A stretch of 64,000 nucleotides of DNA from Octopus bimaculoides (taxonomy: Eukaryota): NCBI RefSeq assembly GCF_001194135.2, contig NC_068988.1, forward strand, positions 72,757,717 to 72,821,716, given 5' to 3'. The notes beneath the pieces are model-generated. The model did no database searches. It saw only the letters and a list, made by a program, of their open reading frames with translations, and was not told the DNA's origin. Shown piece after piece: positions 1 to 53,693 of this stretch. Position 1 is the first letter of the stretch. The number at the start of each line of letters is the position of its first letter. Position numbers and translations under genes: made by a program.

Positions 1-320
1 TCCACAACCACTTATCTGATTTATGCGAAATTTATTTCATTCCATCTGTATTTCCATTTCAGTGGGGACTTAATTCATAGTATTTTCCTAGTATGCGCCA
101 GTTTGGCTGAGTAACATTGCAAGCAAGCAAGGTTCAATTTGACTTTTAATAGTACATATATATAAGAGAGAAAGAGAATGACAAGAAGGGACCAAGGCTT
201 CTGGCAGTTTGCTGTGCTTGAGAAGATACATCTAGCTAGGTAAAATTAAGGCTGTCGTTGCATACAGGCTGTCCCTTCACCCCTCTTCAGCCAAGTGATC
301 CTAATCTTGTGGACTCATAG

Positions 321-520
321 GTGCTGGTGCCATGTAAAGAGCACCTGTGCCATGTAAAAACACCCAGTACACTCTGTAAAGTGGTAGACATTTAGGAAGG
401 GCATCCGCCATAGAAATCATGCCAAAACACATGGAGTCCAGGCAACTCTTTTGCTTGCCAGCTTCTTGTCAAACTGTCCAACCTATGCCAGCATGGAAAT
501 CATTAAATGATGAGGATGAC
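321..520 (+). mobile_element. RTE LINE 3' tail fragment
   Basis: ...aggaagggcatcc...gtccaacctatgccagcatggaa...gatgaggatgac; the same tail follows the RT C-terminus in the 18250-18928 copy. Confidence 0.75.
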
Positions 521-1012
521 TGGAAGCTGAGATTACCAAAAGAATTGGCAATTTAACTTTCTCAGTACGCTGAGTATAGAACTCCTTTAATTAAAATGGC
601 TAAGCCTCCTAATTTTAAGTACCTAATTGTTTTACAGAACAACGTAATAGTGAATATGTGTTGTGGTTTTCAGTTCAATCCCTGGGTCAATAGGACAAAG
701 CAGCCAGTTATCAAGCACTTTCCACTTGTGGTCATCCTCTTACGTATTCAAGAACATGTGTGAATTAAGGGAGATTTGACAGCTAATTCTTGCTGGTTAT
801 GTGACCACTTAGAGGTTGACTCATAGACAGTAATCATAAAGGTGACCCATTCAACTAACGCTTGCTTGGTTGGATGGGTTATCAGTATCTGCATCGGCTT
901 GCATACATGGTACCAGAGAAAGCCTGCTAACTTTGTTATTTATTCTTTATTGTGCCATCAGCACTAGAGATTGTTCCATAAAACAGGCAGGATTAATGAG
1001 TGCCCCCTACCC

Positions 1013-1555
1013 TGTATCAGTGTTTATTTGGAGTTATTATTCCTAGATTAGTACTTTTCAATGCAAGGTTCTGGATATCGGTTGAATATCATCTTTCTCC
1101 CATTAATTTCTTATTCTTCGTGTTGCTAAGACTCCAGCAGTTGAGTAAAGAAGTATTAGGCAAAACGCAGGTTCTCCATTAGGTTTTATTTACAATATAT
1201 ACACAGGTGTGGTATGTTGCTCTTTTGCAGTCATCTCATGCGGTATAAATTCATTGTTCTCCATTACGCGGGCCATTGCCTCAGGAGACGCAACAAGCGG
1301 ACTAGCCTAGAGGACAAGCCAGTGAAGTGTGCTCTGCTAGCAGTCGCAGTGAGAAAAGTGAGAACGAACCTCGAGGTTTCTTTCCTTTTATAGTTTTGCC
1401 ATCGCAAGCCTTGTTGTGAGCTCGCACATGGCAAATGGATGCAGGTGAGGTCTCACTCCAGTCTCGGAGATGGCAATGGCTGTCGCGAGATCTCATTCAA
1501 TATGGCACTGACTGCTTGTGCCACTACACAGCCTAGGAAGTCTATTTCTTGTACA
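1013..1555 (-). mobile_element. Probable solo LTR
   Basis: TGTA...TACA inverted termini, CpG-rich interior, TATAAAAGG (1384-1392) and AATAAA on the - strand; no TSD found. Confidence 0.45.
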
Positions 1556-1796
1556 TTTCATTTTTAGCACGTGTGGTACTGTTGTGTGTCTTTTGTATCA
1601 GCAACTGCTTTACAGAGTACAAGGTGCAATTTTTTTGCATGCCACTAGTATTAGTGTTATAGAGACAGGCAGTAAGCTGAACATTTAGACAGGTAGAAAT
1701 GTGTGACAAATAGAAAGATAGGAAGGAATAATAAACAGATTGATAAAATGACTAGAGTTTAATAAAATCAGATTTAATTTTGAAAACTCCTGCCTC

Positions 1797-2200
1797 TCAC
1801 AATATAGAAACATTTCTCATGGCCCTAGCAGCCAAAGTGGAAAAGATGTTGCCCTGGAGGATGGCAAGGGAGAGACACTGGAACAGCCACTCACTCACGG
1901 GGCTCACACTTGCAGACAGCTATCTCTGCCCTGATAGCAGTGAGTAGGGATATGGTCCAATGTCCAAGAATGTCAGAGGTCTCCACTGCCACAGGCTTGA
2001 TAATAAACCTGCTGGAGAGCAACTGATACCTTGACATTTTGCTTTTCTTAGCCAGATGAGCAGTGAAGCATGTAGCATCCCAGATGAGGAGCCTACTGCC
2101 ATGGAATGGGAAAATTATCATACAGTCTAACCTTTTACGATCCCCGCAGTCTAGCCCTGCTGGCTCGAGCTGAGGAGGGAAGCCTGTGACATCTAGCCAT
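1797..2200 (-). mobile_element. CRE-clade (restriction-like endonuclease) non-LTR retrotransposon, 3' fragment
   Basis: - strand translation LEPAGLDCGDRKRLDCMIIFPFHGSRLLIWDATC...PVAVETS...GEPRE-like...WLFQCLSLAILQGNIFS matches the RPDG...WD(A/V)TC...E..G...RGN RLE signature. Confidence 0.78.
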
Positions 2201-2419
2201 GCTTTATGATCTTGTTAAGAGTGGCATGGCATGGAAGGCAGCCAGCATGACTCTTGAGAGCAGGACATAAGACTCTTCTACTCTGTAGACATCACAAAAA
2301 GAAAATTGACTGGTATTTGTATGGTGATAAAATCTCTTGTGTTTTTTTTTCAACAATACAGCTAATTGCAACTCCTGTGATTTTTCAGTCAATGTTTTGC
2401 TACATTGACAACAGATTTG

Positions 2420-2592
2420 GTGCTGGCTGAGTGCCACCCAGTGCACCCTGTAAAGTGATTGGTATTAGAAAATGTATCCAAAGCTGACATTGGAGCTCAG
2501 TGCTACCCTGTAGCTCGCCAAATCCTATGAAACTATCCAACACATACCAGCATAGAAAACATGATAAATGATGATGACGACGACGACAACGA
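2420..2592 (+). mobile_element. RTE LINE 3' tail fragment
   Basis: Degenerate copy of the shared tail, ending in gatgatgacgacgacgac. Confidence 0.65.
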
Positions 2593-2984
2593 TGTGTATA
2601 TGCATATAGGCATATATGCAGGCAGGGCTGAAATTTTCTTCCTAATCACTTTCAGGTTTAGTCTCAGTGGGTAACATCTCGAGTAAGTGTCCTCTAGATG
2701 TAAGCTAACTAAAGTCTGTTTTGTTTATGGGAGTGATTTCATATTGCCCTTGTGCTGCCAGTTGTGTCATTTGCTCATAATCCACTACAAAAGCATATCC
2801 TAGCTTCTTGACATTTGTGAGCTTTGTAAACAAAAGGCTCATTTCAGTGTCATTTATTTCCAATTTTCCATGTAGCTATGTCCTGGCTGTTTTTTGTTTG
2901 ATAAACTTGGAGATTATTACTTCACTTGGAAACAGGTGGGGTTGAGAACAAAAAGAGCACCTGACCATAGAAAATTCTATTAAT

Positions 2985-3356
2985 GTGGCTGTGTGGTAAG
3001 TAGTTTGCTTACAAACCACATGGTTCCGTGTTCAGTCCCACTGCGTGGCACCTTGGGGCTGACCAAAGCCTTGGGAGTGGATTTGGTAGACAGAAACTGA
3101 AAGAAGCCTGTCGTATATATGTGTGTGTATATATATGTATATGTTTGTATGTCTGTGTTTGTCCCCCCCTCCCCAACATCGCTTAACAACCGATGCTGGT
3201 GTGTTTACATCCCCGTAGCTTAGCAGTTCGGCAAAAGAGACCAATAGAATAAGTACTAGGCTTACAAAGAATAAGTCCCGGGGTCGATTAGCTCGACTAA
3301 AGGCAGTGCTCCAGCATGGCCACAGCCAAATGACTGAAACAAGTAAAAGAGTAAAA
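2985..3356 (+). mobile_element. tRNA-derived SINE family A (CORE-like motif), near full length
   Basis: Head gtggctgtgtggtaag...ggttccgtgttcagtcc, internal (TA/TG)n, tail ...gactgaaacaagtaaaagag; closely similar to 34045-34430. Confidence 0.85.
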
Positions 3357-4038
3357 TCTTTTAAAGCATGAAATTTGTTGTAATTTTAGCCAATCAAATC
3401 CATCTATTGTCAATGTGCTTTTGCAATAGTATAAAACATGGCATGTATTTTTGTTTTCAAGTGGTACATGGCAAAAAAAAATTCTTTTTGAGAAATTAAT
3501 AAAAACAATACAAAACTTTTAAAGATAAAGATACTTAATGAAAGAAAACAACAAATTAACATTTACAATGAAATTTTGTGATACCCTGTAAAACCCTAAC
3601 CCTACCATGGTGGTATCAGCTAGTTGCTAAGGAACATATACAAAAAACAAACTATAGATTTCTACAATGGCAAGAATCAGTGGATCTTTCTCTCTCATTT
3701 TTTCCTCTTTTTTTCCATGCATTATAATACTGGAAAAATATCAATGCTTTTTATACAAGATATTTTGTTATAGGATTTCACTGGCTATAATTAGTGGTGT
3801 GTTATACACAAATGCCTATGATATATAGATAAATATGATTAATTAAAGTAGGGAAAATATTGGTTTGAGATGTTAATCATAATAGTTAGTGACTGTTATT
3901 TTTTATTTTTCTTTACTTGATTGACTTTGTATAATGTTCAAATTTATCAATTTTATGCTCATTAATTTTTTAAAATTCTCTTTCAGGTTTTAGCTTTTTT
4001 TTTTTTTCCCTGTCTTTTACAAATTGATTCTACAAAAT

Positions 4039-45109
<41,071 letters not shown>

Positions 45110-45133
45110 ATTTTGATGGGAAGAATATAAAAA

Positions 45134-45148
45134 AATAAATTAAATAAA
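45134..45148 (+). promoter_or_regulatory. Candidate proximal polyadenylation signals of INCENP
   Basis: AATAAA at 45134-45139 and 45143-45148, in an A-rich context so they may be chance. Confidence 0.35.
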
Positions 45149-46282
45149 GCAAAGGGGACATCACCTGAGACTTTTCTGTATAGTTTATCTTTCGTTTCTA
45201 CATTGGTTTGTTTTTCGTTTTTACATGCTTGGGTCTAGAACTAGTAATATTTTAGATGTATAGCTGGGATAACTTATTTAGAATGTGGAATAAGGGAGTT
45301 GACTATTTTTCTTAACAATTACACTCTCTTATAATTCATACATTATGCTTCTTAACTGGATTTATTTTATTACACAATAAACATCCATTTGTAAATGAAT
45401 ATATATATTCTGACTTCATTCCTCATGCTAACATTCTTACATACATATCCACACAATTAGCATGCGTGTAAACTTGTACAACATCCAGAAATAAAATATT
45501 AAAATGTTTTCTTTTTTATGTTTATTATTCAAAGTTTTGTTATACTTATTTTGATGAAAGTATAATTGCATAAATTTGTTGATCAAGAAATACTAATATT
45601 TTTTAAAACATTTACTTATTATATAAAAAGAAATTTTGTTTTGATATAAACACAGAAGTATTTAATGAGGTATTCTTAAGAACTCATCTTTGCTAGAATT
45701 ATTAGAGATCCATTAATTGAGCTGCTAAGAGTATTGATAATATTAGGCAAAATTTATTCCCTCAATGTATATACCAGTAGTTACCAGTCCCATTTTACAA
45801 ATGAATCTGCACAATAATCCAATCTGTGCTACTAAGCATAAACAATAGTATTAAATAGCAACATGTATTATGTTTTTGTGCCTATGAAACACATATGTCT
45901 ACAACACATATCACTGTCACCTGTGCCTTTTCCACTTGTGCTTCATTTCATTCCTTTCCTTCTTTCCTTAATCTTCTATGCTGTTTGTAGGACCAAAGTT
46001 GAGAGTAGATCTATTATTTGTCTGTCATACATTTCTCCCAGTATAGTCAAGGATGCCCCTGCATTAACATCCATTTGTGTTGTTTGCTGGTTCAAGACCA
46101 GTCTTGTATATTTTACTGGTACAGGAACCAACTACCTTGCATTCCTCCTGCCACCACTCCCTAAAACTTCTTCAGCTCTCCAGTCTATCTCAAAGCCTAT
46201 ATACAGGTGGCTGCATTACATACACTTTACTATCACTTCCCTCTTTTTTACTATTTGTCTACATTTTTACTCTGTCATCATA

Positions 46283-46530
46283 GGCACAAGTGTGGCTGTG
46301 GTAAGAAATTTGCTTCCCAACCACATAGTTCTGAGTTGAGTCTCAATTCATGGCACATTAGGCAAGCATCATCTACTACAGTCTCAGGCCAACCAAAGCC
46401 TTGTGGAGTAGATTTCTTCTGTCTTTACATTCTGAGTTCAAATAAGTACCAGTTGCATACTGGGGTCAATCTAATCGACTGGCCTTCTCCCCAAAAATTT
46501 TGAACCTTGTACCTAGACTAGAGAAGAACA
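46283..46530 (+). mobile_element. Chimeric SINE: family A head joined to family B body and tail
   Basis: Family A up to ...agccttgtggagtagatt, then ttcttctgtctttac...taagtaccagttgc...ccttgtacctaga of family B. Confidence 0.7.
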
Positions 46531-47714
46531 TGTACTCTGTTAAAAAGTATAGAGTAATCCTCCAGTTTAATGTTAAACTGTTTATATATAACTTGACAAA
46601 CACTAACATGAAGATATATTATTATATACATTTTTACATCCATTTTTCCGTGATAAAATGGTTTAAACAAACATACAATTGAAACATTGTTTTTACAGCT
46701 GGATGGCCTTCTTGTTGCTAGCTCTCAGCTGTTTTACAAGAAAAGAACTGATCTGAGGATGCAGTTCTTAGTGACATTTTTGGTCTGAATGTTTCGAAAT
46801 GATTGTGGTTGGAACTGAGACTAAAGTTTATTTTGACAACTACCTGCATCACTTGCACATCTCGTATTTCTGTTCAGTTCTGCAACCCGTGGTGATGTAA
46901 AGTCTGCTGTTTTATGATCTTTATAGTTTGTGGAAAGCTAGAGGACCTTGGAAATATTACAATAACCAGACACCTCCCACTGATTTCCAGAGGAATGAAA
47001 TGATGTGATAATGAGTGTTCTAGTGCCCATGACTGCTGATTCTTATCTGCTGTGATCTATGTGTGTGCTTTTATGCCCCAAGCACCTATATGAGGGGATC
47101 TCTCAAGGCTAATAATGCAGTATTTATTCTAACAATACATCCATGTTAAGTTGAATGTAAAGATTACCTTTTGGTAATCGCTAATAATTAATCATGTATA
47201 TTATGTATTTCTACTGTATTTATGAGTGCCTTTGTTTATTATGTCTCGAGTACTGTAAATGTTGTAGCTCCTAGTATTGTTTTCTGTATGGTTATTTTTG
47301 TCACTGAATGTAATAGTTGATGTAATAGTGCTCAAAAGAAAGAAAACAGTGGGTAGGTGCTACTTTAAGTTTGTTGTTTTGGATTAAGGTTCCTTGGTAC
47401 CATAGGTGAAGCTGTATCTGAATAATGAGAGGATGAAATGGTGGTGTTAGTTGTGTATATATATATATATATATATACTTTAGAAATGTGGATAATAGAT
47501 TAACATACAGTGGCAGTAAGCTTTTGGTGTATTGAATATGACTGAGCATAATTTACTGAGTCCTTTACACATGACATTCCAAGTTGTTGTCCATAACCTG
47601 GAGAGAGAAAAATGGACTTGCAACACAAAGACAGCTAACAGTCAGTTCAACCAGTTATGGATTAACCCTTTAGCATTTAAACTGGGCATATCTGGCTAAA
47701 GATTATCAGATAGG

Positions 47715-48335
47715 GTTGCTTTCGTGTGTGGCAGGTGCACAGGAACAGTAAGTAGTAGGAGCACAAGGGACTTAAACTCTTTCAAATGCCCAGGAGGCTC
47801 TCTTGAGGTAGTAGATAGTTTCTGCTATTTAGGTGACAAAATTAGTAATGGTGGTGGATGCTCTGAAAGTATTGTTTCAAGAATAATGATAGGGTGGAGG
47901 GGAAGTTCAGAGAACTACTACCTCTGATGTTAGCAAAAGTACTCTCCCTGAGTGAAAGGTAGGTTGTGTGAGAACAGCTATGTTACATGGGGTCTGACTG
48001 CGGAGGACATGTGTAGGCTGGAGAGGAATGAAGGTATGCTTCACTGGATTTACAACATCAGTGTGCATGACTGACAAAGTACAACTGTGTTGAGAGAAAT
48101 GTTGAGCAGCATAAGAGGGATTAAATGTGGTATGCAGGAGAGGAGACTGCATTGGTTTGGACATGTGAGTGAAGACAGCTGTATACAGAAATGCCTGTGG
48201 CTGAAAATGGATGGTACCTATGGAAGAGGAAGACATGGGATGAAGTGAGGACTGATCTTAGGATGCTGGGGTTCATGGAGGAAATGGCAGTAGACTGAGA
48301 TGTTTAGCAATATGAGGTCCTAGGGAAGACCCATC
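47715..48335 (+). mobile_element. RTE LINE RT fragment
   Basis: CGRCTG...SLEVVDSFCYLGDKISNGGGCSESIVSRI. Confidence 0.85.
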
Positions 48336-50305
48336 CACAAAACTGTGCTAGAAGAGTTGTGTCCCACCCACATGTAACAACATACTTTTCGCCCACTCTA
48401 CCCTAAGAAATCAAACTAGCACTCCTCTTCTAATTGCTTCTTTCTCTTCCTCATATATTATGATTGTTTCCCAATCTTCTTTGTTGCCCTCACTGTACCA
48501 CAGTGGCTCAATGTATCACTGCTCTCCACACCCACCACCACTCACTACCTATTTTTCTAACCAGGTTCTACATTCATATTCTTGTTGCTTGTGAGTATAC
48601 CCTAGCACTAGACCATCTCTCTTACACTTTTGCTGTTTCCTACTCTCTCTCTCTCCTCTTCTTTTTCCTCTGACTAAGTAACCAAGTATCACCTTTATAT
48701 CAACACACTTGTTTCTGGGCCTCTTTCTCACTCACTGGGTAACCATGTACCTCCTCAATAGCAAGACACTTATTTCTGCCTCTCTATTTCTGTTACACTC
48801 TAACTTTTCATCATTTGATACTGGATCACCTCTAATACCACCTCTGTTGTGACAAGACACCTGCTTGTCTCTCTGTCTCTTTGACACACTCTAACTTTCA
48901 TCCTCTGATACAAATACCTTACCCCTCTCATAATTCCTTGTCTTGTAAGTTACTTGGTTACCCTGCCAGAACTGGTGCCATGTTAAAAGCATTCAGTCGA
49001 CACTGTAATGTGGTTGGCATCTGGAAGGGCATCCAGCTGTAAAAATCTTGCCAAAATTAACTTCACATGTGCTAGTGTCACATAAAAAGTACTGAAATCT
49101 CAAACTCCCTCCCCACAGACAAAAAAGAAATGTTCAGTAGTGATAATTGACGATTCAAACGGATTTGTTTCAAGAATTGCTGAAATGGGATAATTTTAAG
49201 GAAATAGGAACACATGGGTCTGACAATGTTAGGTGTCACCGTTGTGCTGCCAACGAAAGAACATTTGGAGAGGATATTGAAACAAAAGTGGTTATTGGTG
49301 GTGGGAGGTAGAGTTGGACAGAGGAACTAGCAGAATTTTCAATGTACAAGGAAATACTAGAACTATATGGGATAGACATTCTGGAAGGAACGGGGTACAA
49401 AAGGTGATAAAGGGTAGAAATGGGATTGCCCAGAAGTGGGCCTGAGTAGCCCCATTCCTGTTCTTCATTTTCATGTTATTTATCTTGGTCATACGTTTGT
49501 TTTTTGATTTGCCATTCTGTGTCCCCACACGTGATGTGTTGGCCCCCTGGTGGACAATAAAGAATCAACAAACAATGATGAACCTTTGCACAAGTAATTG
49601 AAAGAAAAAAAAATTCATTGGTATAAAAGATACCATATGAAAATTATCACATAAAATGACAATTGAGTAGTTTGGAAACATTTTACTGTTCTTCCTTAAC
49701 AAAATGAACAGCTAACATTACAAGAGTTTAATTTTGAAAAGGATAGGTGTTCTGGATTTACTTTATATTCAAATTAATTAAAGCAATTGCATCCTTTTGT
49801 TGGAGCAAATATGATGAAGTGGGCAATCACAAACTTGAAAAAAATTTAGATTAAGGGAACGATAAGTTTTAAGAATGACGAGTTCAGTTAATAACTATCA
49901 AATCAACACCAAATAAATCACATCAGCTCAAAACTTGGACAAGGAGCATCACTTTTAGGTGAAATTGCAGGGAGAGGCAGAGAAAAATGCTACTCAAATG
50001 ACATTGAGTATTACAGTTAAATATATTCAGTTTGTTTTCACATACACTATAGGAAAGTATGAAGTCTTATTTCTAATAAGCCATTGAATAATGAACACAT
50101 TTTCAGCTACACTTTCACTTAAATGGTACAGAAATTAAAATGTTAAATTTTTAGAGTTCTTGAAGCAATCATTGTATTTCTTAATGCAATGTTCAGTTCA
50201 AGTTATACAATTGAGCTAACTGAGAATTTGATGAATTATTAGTTCTATGTAATATTGATATAGAGGAACAAGAAATATATTCATAAAAATATTTGTCTAT
50301 GTACA

Positions 50306-51254
50306 TGTAGCGAAGCTTCTCTCTCTCTGTTATATATACATGAATGCGGACGTAGCAGATAACAGCTAGCCTTCGACCGCATCTTTGGCCCCTGTTGTGT
50401 CCACCACTCTGATTGGTTGGTATTGGCGCATTTTTGTCGCTAGTTCTATTTTGCGCCAGGGTGCAAACCAACCAATTGCAGCCTTCTGATAAGGTCACGT
50501 GGAACAGTTTTCTGAACCCCTGTTTGAGCTGATTATTTTTCATAAATAGCTGGCTTGTCTGCGCTAAAGTTGTCGCAGCCTTAGACCTTCTGATGTCTAG
50601 CCGCTGACCACAGAGCACCAGCCAGTTCCAGCGACGACACACCACTGTTCAACTAACTGTTTACTACAAGCTTCTTCGTCGCCAGCGTCTACACAGACAT
50701 ATTAACGTACACACCAAACCAGCAACGCTAACATAACTTTCTCCACAGTTTGTGTGAAATGCTTCACCAAGGTTAGCAGCCAGAATACAACCTGCGAGAA
50801 CTCCTGTACCAAGTAACCAGCCACAGCCTCAACTTCTTACATGACATGTGTCTTACTTCGGCTCTGCCTTCAACGCCACAACCTCTTGGTACAGCACCTC
50901 TATTACTGAGTACCTTAGCTACGAACTGGTATTTCTCATCCTTGTGTCTGGACTTTTAATGTCCTTATTATAGACTGTTTTCTATGCTCTGTATCTCTTG
51001 CATTCATATACATATTTGTATACACGAAGGCCTGTCTTATATTGTGTTTTACTATGTCGCATTCACTCACACAGACATTCTAGTTGACAACCAATAAAAC
51101 CCTTACTTTTATACATTTGTACCGGTTGAGCCTCTCTCTTTTCTTGTTGGCACTTACCTCATTCCATCTTTTGTTTTTTATATTTGTGCCAACCGTGTGA
51201 TGCGCTAAAGGAGCCGTTCCTTCGTCACCATCTCCTGGTCACATGGTCGCTACA
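50306..51254 (+). mobile_element. Solo LTR, about 950 bp
   Basis: Perfect 8-bp inverted termini TGTAGCGA...TCGCTACA; CCAAT-like boxes, AATAAA near 51092, CpG-rich; flanks taca/tgca (possible 4-bp TSD with one mismatch). Confidence 0.7.
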
Positions 51255-51624
51255 TGCACAACAGTAAAGTATGAGGTTTTATTTCTAATAAGCTTGAATA
51301 ACAAACATTTTTAACTATCCTCAGTTATTACTTTCAGTTAATGGTAAATTAAAATTTTAACCAAATAATTTTTAGTTCTTGAAGTGTTCATTGCATTTTC
51401 TTAATACTGTGTTCACTTAACAAGGCATTTTTATAGAATTAAAATGGGTTTATTGATGATTTGCTACATGTTGTGACAATGTATTCAGTCCATATGGAGA
51501 ACACATTCTATGTTTGTATCACAATGCTTCAAGCAAGCTATAATGCCATTCAAATACACGTTCCAATGTGTTGTAATAGGACAACTTAAAGACTTGGCAT
51601 CATGAAGGGAATTCTTGCCTTAGA

Positions 51625-51850
51625 AAAGAAATAAAGCCAAATATTCTTTACTCTAGACACAAGACCCGAAATTTTGGGGGAGGGGGCCCAGTTGATTAGA
51701 TTGATCTCAGTATACAACTGGTACTTAATTTATCAACCCTGAAAGGATGAAAGGCAAAGTTGACCTTGGCAGAATTTGAACTCAGAATGTAAAGACAGAC
51801 GAAATACTGCTAAGCATTTCACCCAGCGTGCCAATGTTTCTGCCAGCTTG
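51625..51850 (-). mobile_element. SINE family B
   Basis: Reverse complement of 59330-59597. Confidence 0.8.
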
Positions 51851-52545
51851 AAACAGGTGGTTACATTATGCCTTCTCTTTGAAAGCTGAGGTCAAAGTAA
51901 AAGGAGGGACTCCCTATGATCAAGTACCTGCTGCCCTTGTGGGAATGGGTTAATAAAAGAGTTTCCAAAGAATGTAGACACAAAAAGGTGGTTCAGCACA
52001 AGTCAGAATTAGAATGGCTATTTGTGGTGTTGTACATGGCTAAAAGGTGACGAAGGAATTAAAGTGAGGGAGTTGGTGAGGGAGAAGTTTAGACAGTCAT
52101 GGAACCAGCAAGGCTATACAGGGAAACACTTGCATATATCACTGATATTCTTATAAAAACCCAGAAATCAAAAATTAGCCAAGGAAGCATTTTGAACCTT
52201 GAGTATGAATTGCTAATATTGGCACAAAGTAAGGAAACCAGGATTTAAAAATGTAGCAAATTTTAAATTATTCAATATTAGCATTTTAACTGAATCTGTA
52301 CAGAGTGTTTTGTTCAATGTTCTTAATTCTGCCTCCGGCTAATTTGTGTAAAAAAAAAAAAAAAAAGCTGGCAGAGCTGAAAAAGAAAACAAAAAAAAAA
52401 CACTTTTGTACAAAGTGACTAAAAAGGAGGATGATTACATATTGTGCAGTAAACTTTAGCAAAGGGATACATGCCACAAATCCATATAGCAATGATAAAA
52501 ACCGATAGAGGGGGGGGGAGCATGAAACGGCCAAATCCACTTTCT

Positions 52546-53083
52546 CTAATATAAGAGACTTATTCCTGTAAGGTTTTTATTTTGAGCTGAAGGCGTTTTC
52601 CATTTCCTGCATTTAAACTGCTTTTGTTTTTTGTAAGCTGGATTTCCTTCATATTTTCCATCTTCCAAGTCATCCTGGATATTGCACTTCCCAGGAGCTT
52701 GATACCCTGGTTCATTAACATCAAGCTGGTCTTTAGATAACAAAATAGAGATACATGGAATGTCACGGTTCACAATTAATTTTTCAAGTCCTTATATCTT
52801 GGGCAGCCAAGTTTCTTTGACTCTTTCATGTGCCAGTGTGCTCAATTAATGAAGGCCCTCTATCTTGTGTTTCATAATCTCAGCACAGGTGATCGTCTTA
52901 GTGATTGCTGGACCACTTCCAGTCCAAACTATCCGTTTGGTATTGGAATTCTGCATTTTGTTCAAAGCAAGTCCAATTAAATTACATATCTTACTGCCAT
53001 AGTGGACAGTCATTACAATATTATCTTTATGTAATTCCAAATTCCTTGACAGTGACAATATCTCCTTTAGTGTAGTTTTCAAT
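52546..53083 (-). pseudogene. RPP25L: Ribonuclease P/MRP subunit p25-like (Alba domain) pseudogene
   Basis: (ATT)ENYTKG..., frameshift, then GSKICNLIGLA...IVWTGSGPAITKTITCAEIMK...GLH*LSTL...ETWLPKI*GLEKL.VNRDIPCISILLSKDQLD...PGYQAPG; in-frame TAA at 52846-52848 and 52792-52794; no introns. Confidence 0.88.
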
Positions 53084-53503
53084 TTTGATATAGAAGAGAG
53101 CATTCAATATGTATGGCAATATCAGATATTGTCAGAACTGAGTGGTTGGTGTTAGGAAGGGCATCCAGCCGTAAAATCCCTGCCAAAACATATACAGTAG
53201 CCTTCAATAGATTTTCTAGCTGGCCAGCTCCTATCAACTGTCCTACTCATGCACGCAGGGAAGATGGATGTTAAACGGTGATGATGACATCTGACCCAAA
53301 TAGTATGTTTTATGTTCAAACTGGCCATCTTCCAGCTTCTCAAAGCTACAAGATAATGCATGATTAATTCAAAACAACATGAATGAATAAGCATTATACT
53401 TGACAGAGTAATCTGAAGGCTAAAGGGTTAAGACATTTATAATAAAAACAAAACGACAGTGTTTTAAAAATCTCTTTTTACAAGTTAAAAACAAAATGTA
53501 CAT

Positions 53504-53693
53504 TTAGAAACTGTACAAATGCATTGTGCTAAAATATGTTTTCTTCTTATTGACACTTTTAATCTCATTTCCTTGGAGTAGTTTGACTGCATATTCAATA
53601 GCCTCTGAGCTGTCACCAGCAAGACCTGCATCTACCAGCCACTTACATAAAACTTTACCTGGGAATACTGCACGGTAAACCTTCAGGTTATAT
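53504..53693 (-). CDS. GPR155: GPR155/LYCHOS-like terminal exon, DEP domain
   Basis: gttacag| RYNLKVYRAVFPGKVLCKWLVDAGLAGDSSEAIEYAVKLLQG...LYSF*, 190 nt; phase matches the preceding exon. Confidence 0.82.

Noticed and set aside
46998-47052. C/D-box snoRNA-like ATGATG...CTGA
   Set aside because: Too short, imperfect C box, no terminal stem.
49150-49560. Possible L1/Tx1 3' end (CHRC motif, AATAAA tail)
   Set aside because: A single short Cys motif with stops; insufficient evidence.
52792-52848. Stop-codon recoding or A-to-I rescue of the two TAA codons in RPP25L
   Set aside because: Editing TAA gives Trp at best, not Gln or Glu, and the start loss and frameshift would remain. INCENP uses TAA as a normal stop, so there is no alternative genetic code.
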